Made by a program: the position numbers and the translations under genes
Part shown: in pieces, positions 28,025-46,250 of the stretch
Position numbering within the stretch: the first letter of the stretch is position 1
Layout: each line of letters begins with the position of its first letter
Assembly (NCBI RefSeq): GCF_009914755.1
Contig: NC_060939.1
Direction: 5' to 3' (one strand)
From: the human T2T-CHM13v2.0 reference genome, Homo sapiens
Length of the DNA stretch: 64,000 nt
The notes under the pieces: model-generated
What the model was told of the DNA's origin: nothing
Databases searched by the model: none
The model's input: only the letters and a program-made list of their open reading frames with translations

Positions 28025-30350
28025 CCACGCCACACACACACCCTACTACACACCACACACACCACACAGACACACACCACACACATACCACACACCACAA
28101 ACATCACACACCCTACTACATGCCACACACACCACACAGACACACACCACACACACACCCTACTACATGCCACACACACACCACACACATCACACACACA
28201 CCCTACTACATGCCACACACACCACACAGACACACACCACACACCCTATTACAGGCCACACACAACACACACACATACCACACACAAACCACACACACAC
28301 CCTACTACACACCACACACACCACACAGACACACACCACACACATACCACACACCACAAACATCACACACCCTACTACATGCCACACACACCACACAGAC
28401 ACACACCACACACACACCCTACTACATGCCACACACACACCACACACATCACACACACACCCTACTACACGCCACACACACCACACACACACCCTACTAC
28501 ACGCCACACACACACCACACACATCACACACACACCCTACTACACGCCACACACACCACACACACCACACACACACCCTACTACACGCCACACACACCAC
28601 ACACATCACACAAACACCCTACTACACGCCACACACACCACACACACACCCTACTACACGCCACACACACACCACACACATCACACACACACCCTACTAC
28701 ACGCCACACACACCACACAGACACACACCACACACCCTATTACAGGCCACACACAACACACACACATACCACACACAAACCACACACACACCCTACTACA
28801 CACCACACACCCTACTAGACACCACACACACACCACACACACCCTACTAAACGCCACACACACCACACACACCACACACCACAAACATCACACACACCCT
28901 ACTACACGCCACACACGCCACACAGACACACACCACACACCCTGTTAGATGCCACACACACACACCACACACAAACCACACACACACCCTACTACACACC
29001 ACACACCCTACTAGACACCACACACACAACCTACTACATGCCACACCACAAAGACACACACCACACTACACATACCACACATGGCACACACAGACACCAC
29101 ACACACCACACAGACACACACCACACAGACACACACCACACACCCTACTACACGCCACATACCACACAGGCACACATCACACACACACCACACACACACC
29201 CTACTACACACCAGACACCACACACACACACCATGCTACATGCCATACACACCACACACACACCACACAGACAAACCACACACCCTACTACACGCCACAT
29301 ACACCACACACACGTACCACACACAAACCACACACACACCCTACTACACACCACACACACCCCACTACACACCACGCACAAACCACACACCCTACTACAC
29401 ACCACACACACCACACACAGCCTACTACAAACCACACATACCACAAAGACACACACCACACACCACACAGACACACACCACACACCCTACTACATGCCAC
29501 ACACACCACACACCACACACACTACTACACACCACACATACCCTACTACACACCACACACACACCCTACTACACACCACACACAGCACACACACCACACA
29601 CACACCCTACACACCACATGCACACACACACACACCACACACATCCTACTACACACCACACACACTGTGCTACATGTCATACACACCACACACACACCCT
29701 GTGACACCACACACACCACACAGATACCACACACACATCACACACACACCCCACTACACACCCCACATACTACTAAACACCACACACACCACACACACAT
29801 CCACACTCTACTACACACCACACAGACACACCGTACACACCTTACTACACACCACACACACCACATGCACACACCACACATACACACCCTACTACACACT
29901 ACATGCACCACACAACACACACCACACACACACCACACACACCCTACTACACACTGCACACATACCTCACTACACACAACACACAACACATACACATATT
30001 ACACACACCACAGATGCACTGACACACACATCCCACACAAACTCACTATACCCCCATACCACACATATGTACACACCACACATATGCCACTACCCACCAC
30101 TACCCACATACCCCCTGACACCCCACTAGAGCCTCCACCCCTAACCCACACCACCCCCTACATCACACACACACACCATATACACACACCCCACTGTCCC
30201 CCACACCCTAGAGCCCACATTACACACTACACATACAGCACACACATCCTACACACACACACCACCACGTATACCCCTACCCACCACACACGTACACACA
30301 CCACATATGCACACTCACATCACACACACACCACCACACTCACGCACTCC
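28025..30350. repeat. ~2.3-kb CA-rich minisatellite/VNTR (core CACCCTACTACA(C/T)GCCACACACACCAC)
   Basis: Nearly G-free plus strand, recurring ccctactaca motif, higher-order ~259-bp block repeat. Confidence 0.95.
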
Positions 30351-32793
30351 TATTAAAAGGCTTTTGCTTTCGTGCCAAACCTCTAAACCCATCCCTTAGA
30401 GGGGCGGTGATCGGCAGAGATAGTATGTTCAAACCTTGTAACATTTAGTCAGAAAGAAAATGCATCAATTTGTAATGGTTTGTAGCTGAAATTGAAGATG
30501 TGCATCTGGCATGAAAGATATCGGGACTGTGCTGGAAGGTGCTGTGTGCCTCACATGAGGCAGAGCTGCTCACACTGTGGCTGGAGGATCCATTGATTGT
30601 GTGGGTTAATCACTGCTAAGCCACAGAGAGCTCCCCTTTCCCCTGGTGAGCGCTTCCCCAGCTGACAGTTGCCCACGCGCTCTGCAGAAAGCAGTGCCTC
30701 TCTTGGGAGCACGACCAGGGCAGACCCCCACGGTCCTACCCGTCCTCCCTCACACTCAGAGCATGCGCACAACAGACCTCCTGGGGCCCACGGGTGCACC
30801 CCCCCACACACACACTTTCCGTATCCTACACCAGGCAGCCCAGGGCCCACTGGTCCCCAAGCCTCCATCTGTCCCCACTCAATCACTCATTCGGGGTCCC
30901 CCACCCTTCCTGGCGTGCTCCCAAGCATCTTGACACTCAACCAATGGAAGACCCTCTCCTCCGCCCCAGGACAGCTGCCTGTGGGTTTGGGAGATGTTGT
31001 GGGGTGCTGGGGAGTGGGGAACCCTGGAGGCCCAAGATGCTGAGTCTCTGGAGAAGGAGGTGGGAAGGCAGCCTGTCTGGGGGCCAGAGGCAGCCCCCTG
31101 GGCTGAGAGCAGCTGGGGGCCCCAGCAGGCAGCTCAGGGCTGGCCAGGCAGCTGGACTGTGACTCAGCAGCTTCTCCGCCTTGGCTAGAGTGCGCCGTGC
31201 TGCAGTATTAACTCCCTCTCCAGGGAGCCTGGACTCCAGCTTCTCTCCCACGGGGATGGCGGGCTCCTCTGTGCTGTTTCAAGTTGATCCTGGCTGGGGT
31301 GGCAGAGCGGAGGGTGTGCTGAGGGGCCTGCCTGGCCAGGGCATCCCTCTGCCCCCTCACCACCGCTACCCCTACACCCTACAAGCGTTAGCCAAGGATC
31401 AAATGGAGCCAGGGCTTGGTGGGGTGGCCTGAGGAGCTACAAAGGCCTGGAATCCAGGAATTGACAACTCAGGCAGTTCTGCCACCATTTAGTGGTGTTG
31501 TTTGTGTGATGGAGGTAAGCCACCTCCCTTTGGGGCCTCGATTTCTTTGTTTTCGAAAAGAGGCTGTGGACTGCATTGTCTGTAAGAGTCCTTCAGCCCT
31601 CACAGGCTGGGTTTTATTAATATTTGTCTGTGATTTAAGGGTATCCATGCCTGGGGTCTAGGTTCAGAGAGAAATAATCCGAGGCAGGCGTGAGGTGCTG
31701 CAGATTTGCAGAGCCTTACTCAGGAAACTTCACCTTTGATCATGGAAGCAGTCCTTAAGGCAGGGAGGGCAGGGATGCTTAACCCTCACACACAGCTGCA
31801 CAAGCGCAGGGAGGCTAACAGGCCAGCCCAAGATTGATGCAGGAAGGGCTCAATCCTCAGCCATTGGATTCTGAGGTGCCCATCAGGTGGCCTGGGATTG
31901 CTGATCTCAGCATAGATGCAAGAGAAGGAAAATGAGTGTTGCCGCAGCAGGAGAGATTGAAGTTAGACACTAGAAGGACGTTCCAACTCTCAGGAACCTG
32001 GGAGTTGTTAGCTTCCCCAGGGCCAGTCAAGAACAGACTCTGCTTCTATGTGTGCAGAATGACAACCTTGCTCCAAAGTGGAGGTGTGCGTGGACTGACC
32101 AAGAAGGCTCATCAGACCTCGGTACACAAGGAACTCAAAGAAATGGGTAATTTATTTTCAGAATGAGCTAGAAAATTAATTCATTAACACTTTATCCTCA
32201 GCCTCCCAGGACCAAATGTTGGACTGAAGCACTGGTGCAAAACATAAAGACAAACATTTCTCCTTAAGTATTGATCTTTTTAGCCTACGAGCTTCGGCGA
32301 CAGGTGTCTTGCTGGTTAACCTATTTCCATCTCATTACTTTGGCTTCTGCAAATACAATGCCGGGAAAGATTAAATACTGTAAGCTGTATCCAGTCAGCT
32401 CTCCATTATCTGCATTAATCGAGGCCAGTACTGAGTGGGATAATCCACAGAAGTGCCTAGTCCCCAGATCATATTTAATTGATTTGGGGTGGCAGTTGAT
32501 GGTGAGTGTGTGTACATGTGCGCACACACACACACATATGCTTTTGGTGAGGGTGAGGATCGAACTTACTCATCTTTGATGTGGCATCAGGATCCCATTT
32601 TGGAGGCAGTCTCATTTGGGGGCACACCAAGGGAATCCCAGAAGCCTGCTAGAGGAGACAACAGGGCTTCTAGTCTCCCGACTTTTTGTAGGGAAGAAGA
32701 GGCAAAGTGAGAGTCCAGGTGTCCTCTGAGGGTGAGGGGGGCAGGTCCTGGTGGCATTCTCCCTGCAGCATGCCTCCCACCTGGAGCAGGTCA

Positions 32794-33160
<367 letters not shown>

Positions 33161-34761
33161 ACACAAACCCCCCTCATTTGTTTTCTCCTTCTCAAGGCTG
33201 AGGATCCAGCTCCAGGGTTCTGAAGTACCAGAGGGTGGAAGAGACAGGCAGATTTTCATGGGCTTCAAAATTTTAAAGATACAGAAAGATACCCAGTGAA
33301 ATATTTTCCAGCTCCTGCTTTCCCAACTCTGCTCCCCAGAAGCAACTACAGCTAATGTCATCGATTCCTTATGCACTTTTCCAGAGCCGTGCTGTGAATA
33401 TAGAAGCATACAAGCATACATATGCTTCTCCCCCACCCTTTTACACAGGTATCATGCTCACTCCCCTGCACACTGATTCTTCCACTATCTCCCTTGGAGA
33501 TCATTCCCTGTTCACCCACACAGAGCAAAGCTCCAGGGCATCTGGGTCTTCTGTGATTCTCCCATGTGGGCTGACCATGGGCAGAGTAAAGACCCTCAAA
33601 GCAGAACATCCCAGAACTACTGAGAGTGTGAGGGTGAGTGTGTGAGGTCGTCTCACCCCACCTTCCTCCTCCAGCCTAGCTCCCCTTCCCTCCTACTCAA
33701 CTTGATTGTCAATCAAGTCTCTCTTTAGTTTAGGTACAAGAACTGTGGCTGAGCTCTGAGCACATCTGGGCATTTGGAGTTAAGGAAAGAGAGAGCCTCT
33801 AGACATGCTGTTTCTGCTTGTTATAAGAGGGCTCATAATAGGGGGAGAGATGGTGGCCCCTTCCCCCTGCACTCCCCATCCTGGTGTATCCCTAGGCTCT
33901 CTGTTGAGAGCATTCTTTTTGATACTCACCTGAAGTCCTGCTTTCTGCCCTGACAGCTCTCTACATGATAGAAAGAAAAGGATAAGATAAAGGATAAGCC
34001 AACCAGGTTGTCACCTGCTCCCCAACTCCTCACCCAACCCAGGCCAAATGTGGCTGTTCTCCCCAGCAAAGGGGGCCAGAGGCAGTTAACTAGCACTCCG
34101 AGACCCAGGCATGTTCTAGGGTCTGTGCTGGGATATGCATGCCAAGCATGGTTCCTCCTGGACCCATTGCTCCCAGCCTTGGGGCCACTTGCAGAGGCCT
34201 GAGTGCTTGGGACTGACACTGTCACAGGGGCCAAGTGGCCATCCTGGGCAGACAGAAGGACAGTGGCCAGTGGACCAGGGAGAGAAGGGAATTCCTGCGT
34301 GGATTCTGTTTAGTGACCTTGCTTCTGGTCCACCCCTGCTTCTCCAGCATCATTTCCCACTATTGGAGACTCCCCCTTCCTGAGCTTTCCCTGAGGACTG
34401 GGCCCCCTACCTTGCTCCTGAGCAGGAGACCTGGCCTCAGTCAAATTTAGACCCGGTTCTTTATTCTGATCAACTGTGTGACCTTGGGCAGGTCACTTAT
34501 GACCTGTCTGAGCAGAATTTGCCTTGTCTTTGAAATGATGCTGGTAATTGTGCCCTCCTCCCAGGTGGGTTAGATGAGAACATCTGTGTGCTCACCAAAC
34601 AGAGTTATGGTGATTGAACCTGTTGTTGCCACCAATGTCCTCCTGCCTGCCCTGCCTTGATGCCCTCCAGGTCCGCAGTGCCTCTGAGGCTTATTTTACT
34701 TCCAGCAACTGGGCTTGGACTTTGACCTCTCTGGCAAGAATTTCTGAATTACTTAGAACCT

Positions 34762-34956
34762 CATTTTTTCAAAGTGTGGTGCCCAGATCACCTGCATGAG
34801 AGGAAATGGGGGTGCTTGTTACCATGCAGATCCCTGGGCACATTCCAGTCCACTGAGTTTTCTGAGTTAGGCTCTGGGAGACAGGTGCGATGGCAGAGGG
34901 TCTACATTTTAACAAACTCCCCAGGGGGGCTTGATGCAGGCCAAGCCTGAGAGACC
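34762..34956. mobile_element. MER5-like hAT-Charlie DNA transposon relic
   Basis: ttttcaaagtgtgg..gcttgtta..atgcagat..cattttaacaa.ctcccca..tgatgca signature. Confidence 0.65.
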
Positions 34957-36016
34957 CTTCCTCAGTCCCTTCCCTTGTGTGTCTTCTCCCTTGTTGGGGC
35001 CTCCCAGGCCCCTTCCTCTTCAGACCTTGACCTGTGGCCCAGCAGGCTGGGAGCAGGCATCTCTCCACACCCCCAGCCTCCCTCCCCGGACAGCTGCAGC
35101 CTTCACCTAATGGTGCCATTTCATGCTTTCCTGCTCGGGTGATTCTGACCAGACAGAGGAGTTCACTCTGTCCTGGGAGCCCTGGCACCCAGATCCATTT
35201 ATCGTCCTTGAGTCTTCCAGCTGGCTGCTCTCCCAGGGACTGCAGCTCCCAGCCATGCGGGAGGCGAGGCAGCTGTGAGTTCCCGATAATTTGGCTCTCC
35301 CTCACACCGTTCTCACCGCCATTCCTCCACAGCCATGGGAGCCCTGCCTCCTAGAGTGGGGGAAATAGTCCTGGAGGCGGAGGAGGCTGCTGGGCTGTGG
35401 AAGGAAGCACTGGACTGGGGGTCCAGGGATTTAGATTCTTCCTCCACCAAATGCCTGTGCGACCCTGGACAACTGGCTTCACTTCTCCGGGCCTCCAGGA
35501 GTCTTGGGGGTGGCATGTGGGGTATGAAAGGGCTCCTGCTGTTTTCCTTCTTTCTACATTTTTTTTTCTCTGACTCTAGAAGGGACAGCAGAGCCAGGTG
35601 ATAGGGGGTCACATCAGAAGGAGAGACAGCCGAGGGAATCTTGGTCTCTCAGCTACTGGCATGTCTCCCAGGGAAAATGGAAATGCAACCCAAGGGCAGC
35701 CTGGGAAAAATAAGCAGTGGTTCTCTACATGCTGGGTAGACGTGGGCTGTGGGAAGGACATGTGGTCTCCACCCATGCAACGTCTCATTTAATCCCAGCC
35801 TCAACTCGAGGGTTTAGGAATAAAAGCTGCATTCCAATAGTTTAGAAGTCTGACACTCAGAGAGGTGAAAGAAACCACATGAGGTGAAATGGTTCATAAG
35901 GGGGTATGTCTGACTCTCTATAGTCCTAGGCCTGCTGCAAGAGGAGAGGAAGGGTGGGCAGTTCCCAAAGCTGTGCGCAATGCCCCTACCTCCCATGCCA
36001 GCTTTGGGGTCTCACT

Positions 36017-36018
<2 letters not shown>

Positions 36019-36060
<42 letters not shown>
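36019..36060. repeat. (AC)21 microsatellite
   Basis: Perfect dinucleotide run. Confidence 0.95.
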
Positions 36061-36063
<3 letters not shown>

Positions 36064-36289
36064 CACACCAGGCCTTGGTTCCTTCCCAATCTATGCTTGA
36101 GTGGGTGCCCCTGGATACAGCCTGATGACGACTGAGTCTTAACATGGTTTGTGGAAAGAGCCCCGGGCCCAGAGCCAGCCTGTACTGCACGGGGGAACCC
36201 TAGGAAGGCCACTTCCCCACAGAATTCAGTGTCTTCTGTGAAATGACATAATGTGACCCAATCTCAAGTCTTTCCTGCTTGATCATTTA

Positions 36290-36593
<304 letters not shown>

Positions 36594-36855
36594 TTACAAA
36601 AATTAGGTGGGGGACTGGATTTAGCCCCTGGACTGCTGTTGGCCAACACCTGCACTAGAGCAGCAGCAGTGAGCAAGACAAATGAGGTGGCTGCTTATAC
36701 AGTCACAAGCTGCATGAGTACCATGGGGATGAGAATGGAGAGCCGGGAAAGTAGGTGGTTGGGGCCTTGATGCGGGGTAGGGGAGGAGGGAGCCATGGGT
36801 GTGTGGAGGAAGGTGCACTTGGAAGTGCTGTTTGAGCTGAGAAAGATGTGTAGAC

Positions 36856-37246
36856 TGTATTAGTCTGATCTTGCACTGCTATAAAGAAACACCTAAGACT
36901 GGGTAATTTATGAAGAAAGGAGGTTTGGTTGGTTCGAAGTTCCACAGGCTGTACAGGAAGCATGATGCTGGCATCTGCTCGGCTTCTGGAGAGGCCTCAG
37001 GAAACTTACAATCATGGCGGAAGGTGAAGAGGGAGCCAGCACTTCACATGGCCAGAGCAGGAGGAAGAGGCAGGGGAGTGGGGGTTGGAGGGTGCTACAC
37101 ACTTTTAAATGACCAGTCTCATGAGAACTCACTATCACTAGATCTGACCCTGTGATCCAATCACCTCCCACGAGGCCTCACCTCCAACATCAGGGATTAC
37201 CATTTGACACGAGATTTGGGCAGGGACACAGATCCAAACTGTATCA
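36856..37246 (-). mobile_element. MSTA-like MaLR solo LTR
   Basis: tgtattagtc...gatccaaactgtatca termini; 5-bp TSD tagac/taggc. Confidence 0.88.
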
Positions 37247-37921
37247 TAGGCTTTAGCTCCATGAAGGGGGCACAGCATGTGCAAAGGCCCCGAGGAGGGT
37301 AATACAGTGTATTAGGGGAAACAAAAGAAGGAGTATGGGCTGGTGTTAGCAACCCAGGGAGGGAAAGCCGAGGTGCTGCTGGATGGAGAGCATGAGGGGC
37401 TGTAGGCGACGCTAGGGCTTTTGGCCTGTCTCCCTGGGATGGCTTTTCATTATGGCGGCATGACCGGCTTTGCATTTTATGAAGATTGCCTTGGTGGCAA
37501 ATACGGAACTGACTGGAGGTGAGCAAGAGGAGACCCAGATCAGGCGGCTATGTCGGGGGCCAGTTGACCTGTGGGCCTGGAGCTCAGAAGTGGCTTGAAT
37601 CTGACCGAAGAGGATGGCACTGATGCCAGGGTGTGGAAGGAACCACTCAGGGAGACACCATGGCTGAGAAGGGAAGGACCCCAAGGGCAAGCCTGAGGCA
37701 ACCGAAGGAGGAGTAGTCACAGTTATGATGAAAGCAGGCAGCGGCCAGCTGGTGACCACAGCTCAGGGGTCCAGCTCAAGGAAAATGAAAATGTGGCCTG
37801 GGTTTAGTGACCTTGTGTTCATCATCCATGACTTTACAAAGAACTACTTCAGCAGAGGGATGGGGCAGAAGCCACAACGGAGGGGCTGATGAGTGAGGCG
37901 GACGTGATGAAATGGGGACCA

Positions 37922-38010
37922 TGTGTTGCGTGTATGTGTGTGTGTGTGCACGTGTGTGTATGTGTGTGCATGTGTGTATGTGTGTGCGCAAGTGTGTGTG
38001 TGTGTGTGTG
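37922..38010. repeat. Imperfect (TG)n microsatellite
   Basis: TG run with interspersed A/C. Confidence 0.9.
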
Positions 38011-40005
38011 GTCACAAAGGGAAAGGGAGAACAAGGCAGCAGGTGGAGCTCATTTTTGGTGGGTGATGTGATAAACTGGACTGGTCCAGCCTCAGCCGAG
38101 GGAAGGGGGAAATGTTAGGCACAAGAAAGGGCAGGGATGGCAAAGACTTCCTGAGAAGTCAGGAGGGATCCTGTGCAGGAGCGGGAACTGGCTTAACCAG
38201 AGGAAAAGCCCTCAACTGAGAAGGGGTCAGGAGGAAAGCTCTGTGGTTTGACCCGAGGCTGGGACATTTTGAGAGATTTCTCACTTTTATTTTTCTTTAA
38301 AACAACAGGAAAGAGACAGGAGGGGTGTGAGGGAGCCACAGGCCTGCGGAGACTGGAGGAGGAGGCAAAGCTGGTGGGGAGGCGTTTCCTGCAGTTTCTG
38401 TGCAGTGCAGAGGGCCTGGATGATCCTGGGGACTGATGGGGCACGGGCTGCCCTCGTACTGTGGGGAGACTCTCACCAGGGGGCTCAGCAGTCAGGGGTA
38501 GCCATGGAGAAGGAGAAAGCTGTCAGTGGGATTTCTCCAGGGCTGGCGCTTTGCCAGGTGAATACCACAAAAATGCCAAGGGAGTGCAGGGAATTGTGAA
38601 CAAGTTGTAGGCACCACAGACCATGGTGGGAAAAGAAGACTAGAGGGGCTGATGGTGGCCCGGGAAGGTCAGGGAGATTTCTCCAGGAACAGCATTCTAG
38701 GCTGAGGGAGAGTAAGTGCCGAGGCTGTGGGCTGGGGGTCTGTTTGGTGGGTTTGTGGCTGGTAGCAAGAGGCCAGCATGGCAGGAACTGAGTGACTGAG
38801 AGCAGGGACAGGAGATGCCTGTGGGAGCCAGCCAGGGGCCAGGCCAGGCAGGGATCTTATTCTAAATGTGACAAGATGCCACAGGAGGGTTTTAAATAGA
38901 TCAGTCTGGCTGCAGTGTGGAGATCAGGCTGAGTGGAGGGGAGTGGAAGCTTCCAGATTGGAGGCTACTGTGGTACTCCAGGTGGAGGGTGGAAAGCGGC
39001 CAGATTTGGAAGGCACTGTGGGTTGTTGATGAGTTTGCAGACACCTGGGATGTGGGGGGTGACCCCACATGGATGGGAAGGATGACCCCAAGGCTTCTGG
39101 TCTCAGCACCTGGTGCCATGTACTGGGTGCATAACTGAGAGGTGGGCCCTGAATCCACCCCATCCACTCTCTGGGCCCACTGCCCATGCCTGCCTTTGAC
39201 CGAGAGCCTCCTTCTCAGGCATCTTTTATTCCCTTGCTGTCTGGGCAGCTATAGCCTCCTGGTTTTTTTGGAGTCTGGAAAAGCCTCGAATCTGCTGCTG
39301 CTGCTTCATGGACTCCCCACATTCCCTCTCTGCAGCTCTAAGTCATCTTCCTCTGGCAGGTTCCCCGGGAACACTGTCTGTCTTTCATAAGAGCTCGGGG
39401 ATGACATTTGTTATTGGCTGTTTTCAACTCTTTCCCCGCTTTCCTCTGGAGTTATGCTCCATCCTAGTCTTTTTACTTATGACAGCCAAAGTGAAACTTT
39501 CAAAATATGCATTTGTACATGTTACCCCTGCCCCCACCCTAAAAGGCCTCCCACAGCTTCTCATTCCTCTTTGGGAAGGACAAAACTCCTTGACGCAGCC
39601 TATGGTGCCCCTGATTCTGCCCTGCCCGGCCTGCCAGCCTCACCCTGAACCATGCTCCATCCACTCCAGCTGCCCTGGCCTTCCCTCAGGCTTTGGACTC
39701 ACCACACTGCATCCCACCTCTGGGCCTTTGCATAGGCTGTGCTCTCTGCCTAGGCTGCCCTTTCATCTCCTCTTTACCTGGATAAATACCCACCCTTCGG
39801 GTCTCAGTTCAATCATCAATTTTTCAAGAAAGCACTTTTGCTTTCCCAGATTAGTTCAGGTATGCCCCTTTATAAATGCTCACCACCACCAGATGGCTCT
39901 CCTTTCTTGCACTTCTCATAATTACAATTTCATATGCACTTATGTGAAGTGCATGGTAAATTCCATGAGGGAAGCAGGATATGAGCTCAGTAAATACTTG
40001 AGTGA

Positions 40006-40051
40006 GTGAATGAATGAATGAATGAATGAATGAATGAATGAATGAATGAAT
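40006..40051. repeat. (TGAA)n tail of an L2 element
   Basis: Follows gagctcagtaaatacttg, a typical L2 3' end. Confidence 0.8.
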
Positions 40052-41141
40052 GTGTCTCTCACATCTGTTCTCTCTACTCCATTCCTTACCTTCCCATCCT
40101 AGTGCAGGTCTTTACCATTTCTGGTCTGTGGAACCAGCCTCCCTGCTCCACTCCCCATGGAGCTAACTTCACAAACCCCACTTATAACTGCTCAGCACCC
40201 TTCAGTGGTTCCTGCTGGGTATAGAGGGAAGTCTAATCTCCTTTTCTTGGACTCCAACACTCCTGAAATGCAGTTCTCCCCCTTCATTCCTGGCCTGCAG
40301 GTTCCCTGAACCTCTGGAGCATTAAACATCTTCATTCCTGGCTGGTTTATTTCACTCCAAGCAGCTTTACTTTGCTACAGGACCATTTCTGGATGGTCAG
40401 TCTTGGAGAGAAAGCCCGCATCCACCATGAACCTTGGGTCCCTCTACAGTGCCAGGGCCACTTCCAGGTGCCTCAGATAAGGTTCAATGAACACTTCTCA
40501 GATTCACATCCAACCCACATTTATTGAATGCCCTCTATGTGCCAGACACAACCAAATTTATTTTTAAATTTTTCACAGCAGTTCTGAAAAGTAGGTATTA
40601 TTTTCCACAATTGTATATTGAAGAAATCAAGTTTCACAAAGGGATTTGTTTGGAGTCAAATGACAAGTGGTTGGCATTCTTGGGACTACATTCAGCCTCT
40701 TCCCGCAGCCCGTGCTGCCTCCTGCCCACCCTGCAGTGGAGAGTGAGAGGGTGGGGTGCTGTAGGGACCGTGGACCGGCTGTGGGCAGCTGTCTGCAGAA
40801 AGGGGAGGAGGACTGCCAATCCAGGGGCAAGGGTAGAATGGAGGAGCTAGGCTCAACCTGATAAATGGCATCTACAAAAAGCCCACAGCTAACAGCTAAC
40901 ATTATGTTAAGTGAAGAAAGATTGAAAGATTTTCCCCCAAAGATCAGGAAAAAGACAAGAATTCCCAATGTCACCACTTCTGTTCAACAGTGGACTGGAA
41001 GTTCTAGTCACGGCAATTAGGGAAGAAAAAGAAAATGGAAAACTGTCTTCATTTGCATGATTCTATATCTAGAAAATCCTAAGGAATCCACCAACACACA
41101 CACACGCACACACACACAAATTATTAGAACAAATGATTTCA

Positions 41142-41423
41142 GGCTGAACGCAGTGGCTCATACCTATAATCCCAGCACTTCGGGAGGTGGAGGCAGGCGG
41201 ATCACCTGAGGTCAGGAGTTCAAGACCAGCCTGGCCAATATGGTGGAACCCCATCTCTACTAAAAATACAAAAATTAGCCCTGCATGGTGGCACATGCCT
41301 ATAATCCCAGCTACTAGAGAGGCTGAGGCATGAGAATTGCTAGAGCCCAGGAGGCAGAGGTTGCAGTGAGCTGAGATTGCACCACTGTTCTCCAGCCTAG
41401 GCGATAGAGTGAGACTCTGTCTG

Positions 41424-41452
<29 letters not shown>
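41142..41452 (+). mobile_element. AluS
   Basis: Full length with long poly-A. Confidence 0.9.
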
Positions 41453-41456
<4 letters not shown>

Positions 41457-41849
41457 CAATGAGTTCAGCAATATGGCAGGGTACAAGACTGAAATACAAA
41501 AATCTATTATATTTCTATACACTAGCAATGAACAATCTGAAAGTGAAATTAAGAAAACAGTTCCACTTATAATGACATCAAAAAGAGTAAGATACCTAGG
41601 AACAAAAGAAGTGCAAGATTTGTAGTTGAAAACTACAAAACAATCTTGAAGGAAATTAAAGGTCTAAATAAGTGGGAAAATAGTGGAAAAGTCAACATTG
41701 TTGATATGATCCCTGAGCTGATCTACAGATTCAACACAATGCCTATCAAAATTCCAGCTATTTTGTAGAAATTAACAAGCTGGTCCTAAAATTCATATGG
41801 AAATGCAAGGAACCCAGAATAGCCAAAACATCCTGATTAAAGAAGAACA

Positions 41850-42150
41850 GGCCTGGTGCAGTGGTTCATGCCTGTAGTACCAGCATTTTGGGAGGCCAAG
41901 GCGGGTGGATTGCATGAGCCCAGGAGTTCAAGTCCAGCCTGGGCAGCATGGTGAAACCCCTTCTCTACAAAAATACAAAAATTAGCCAGTTGTGGTGGCA
42001 TGGGGCTGTAGTCCTAGCTACTCAGAAGGCTGAGGTTGGAGGATCAATTGAGCCCGGGAGGTCAAGGCTGCAGTGAGCCATGTTCACGCCATGTACTCCA
42101 GCCTGGGTGACAGAGTGAGACCTTGGCTCAAAAACAGACAAACAAAAAAC
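41850..42150 (+). mobile_element. AluJ
   Basis: Full length. Confidence 0.85.
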
Positions 42151-42481
42151 AAAGTTGGAAGACCCATTCTGCCTGATTTCAAAACTTACTACAAAGCTAC
42201 AGTAATCAAGACAGTATGGTCAATAGTAGGCAGGTGCTATTAAAAAAATAATAAAAAATAAAACCAGTGTGGTATTGCCATGAGGTTAGACATACAGATA
42301 GAATTGAGAGTCCAGAAATAAACCCTCATATTTGTGGTCAGTTGCTATTTTACAAGGGAATAAGACAATTGGATGGAGGACAGAATAGTCTTTTCAACAA
42401 ATGTTATACACCAAATGGATATCCACATACAAACGAATGAATGTGAACGCCTTCCTTATGCCATACTCAAAGTGGATTGTA

Positions 42482-42676
42482 GAAACATAGTGAAACCTAA
42501 TTTCTAGAAGAAAATTAAAAATTAGCCAGGTGTAATGGCACATAGCTGTAGTCTAGCTACTCGGGAGGCTGAGGCTGGAGGATCACTTGAGCTCAGGAGG
42601 CCATGGCTGCAGTGAGCCATGATTGTGCCACCGCACTTCAGCCTGGGTGACAGAGTGAGACCGTGTCTTAAAAAAT
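42482..42676 (+). mobile_element. 5'-truncated AluJ (mainly right monomer)
   Basis: Partial Alu. Confidence 0.75.
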
Positions 42677-42764
42677 AAGTGGATTGTAGACTTGAATGTG
42701 AGACTGAAAACTATACAACTCCCATAAGAAAACAAAGGAGTAAATCTTAGTGCCCTTAGGTTTA

Positions 42765-43243
<479 letters not shown>

Positions 43244-43291
43244 TTATATGTTCAACAAGGAACTGGTATGCAGAATATATACAAATTCTTA

Positions 43292-45650
<2,359 letters not shown>

Positions 45651-45955
45651 GAAGTGTTGTCTGGGATGTGGAAAACTTGGAACCCTCATACATGGCTGGT
45701 GGGAACATAAATTGGTGCTGGCACCTTAAAATGTCAAACATAGTTATGACCCAGCAATTCCATACCTACGTATATACCCAAGAGAAATGAAAACGTATGT
45801 CCATGCAAAAACATACATGGATGTTCACAGCAGCATTATTCATAATATCCCACAAGTGGGATATTATTAGCCATATTTAGTTATAAAATAGCCCAAAGTG
45901 GAAATAACCCAAATGTTTATAAATTGATGAACGGATAAATATAAAATGTGTTCTA

Positions 45956-46250
45956 GGCAAGGTGCGGTGGCTCATGCCTGTAATGCCAAAATTTCGGAGG
46001 CTGAAGTGGGAGGATTGCTTGAGGCCAGGAGCTTGAGACCAGCCTGGGCAATATAGGGAGACCCCATATCTACAAAAAATTAAAAAATTAGCCTGGTGTG
46101 ATGGCATGCACCTGTAGTCCCAGCTACTCAGGAAGCTGCGGTGGGATGATCACTTGAGCCCTGGAGGTGGAGGCTATAGTAAGCCATGGTTGCACCACTG
46201 CACTCCAGCTGTGCGACAGAGTGAGACCCTGTCTCAAAAAAAAAAAAAAA
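45956..46250 (+). mobile_element. AluJ
   Basis: Full length with poly-A. Confidence 0.87.

Noticed and set aside
27708-30356. Long His/Thr-rich and Cys/Val-rich ORFs (up to 380 aa)
   Set aside because: They are translations of the CA-rich VNTR, which lacks stop codons by composition.
30955-30982. REST/RE1-like motif (ccgccccaggacagctgcc)
   Set aside because: Left half-site and spacing do not fit the RE1 consensus. No convincing RE1 was seen by eye; a PWM scan would be needed.
39308-40009. 233-aa ORF
   Set aside because: Overlaps degenerate L2-like sequence; no homology or exon structure recognised.
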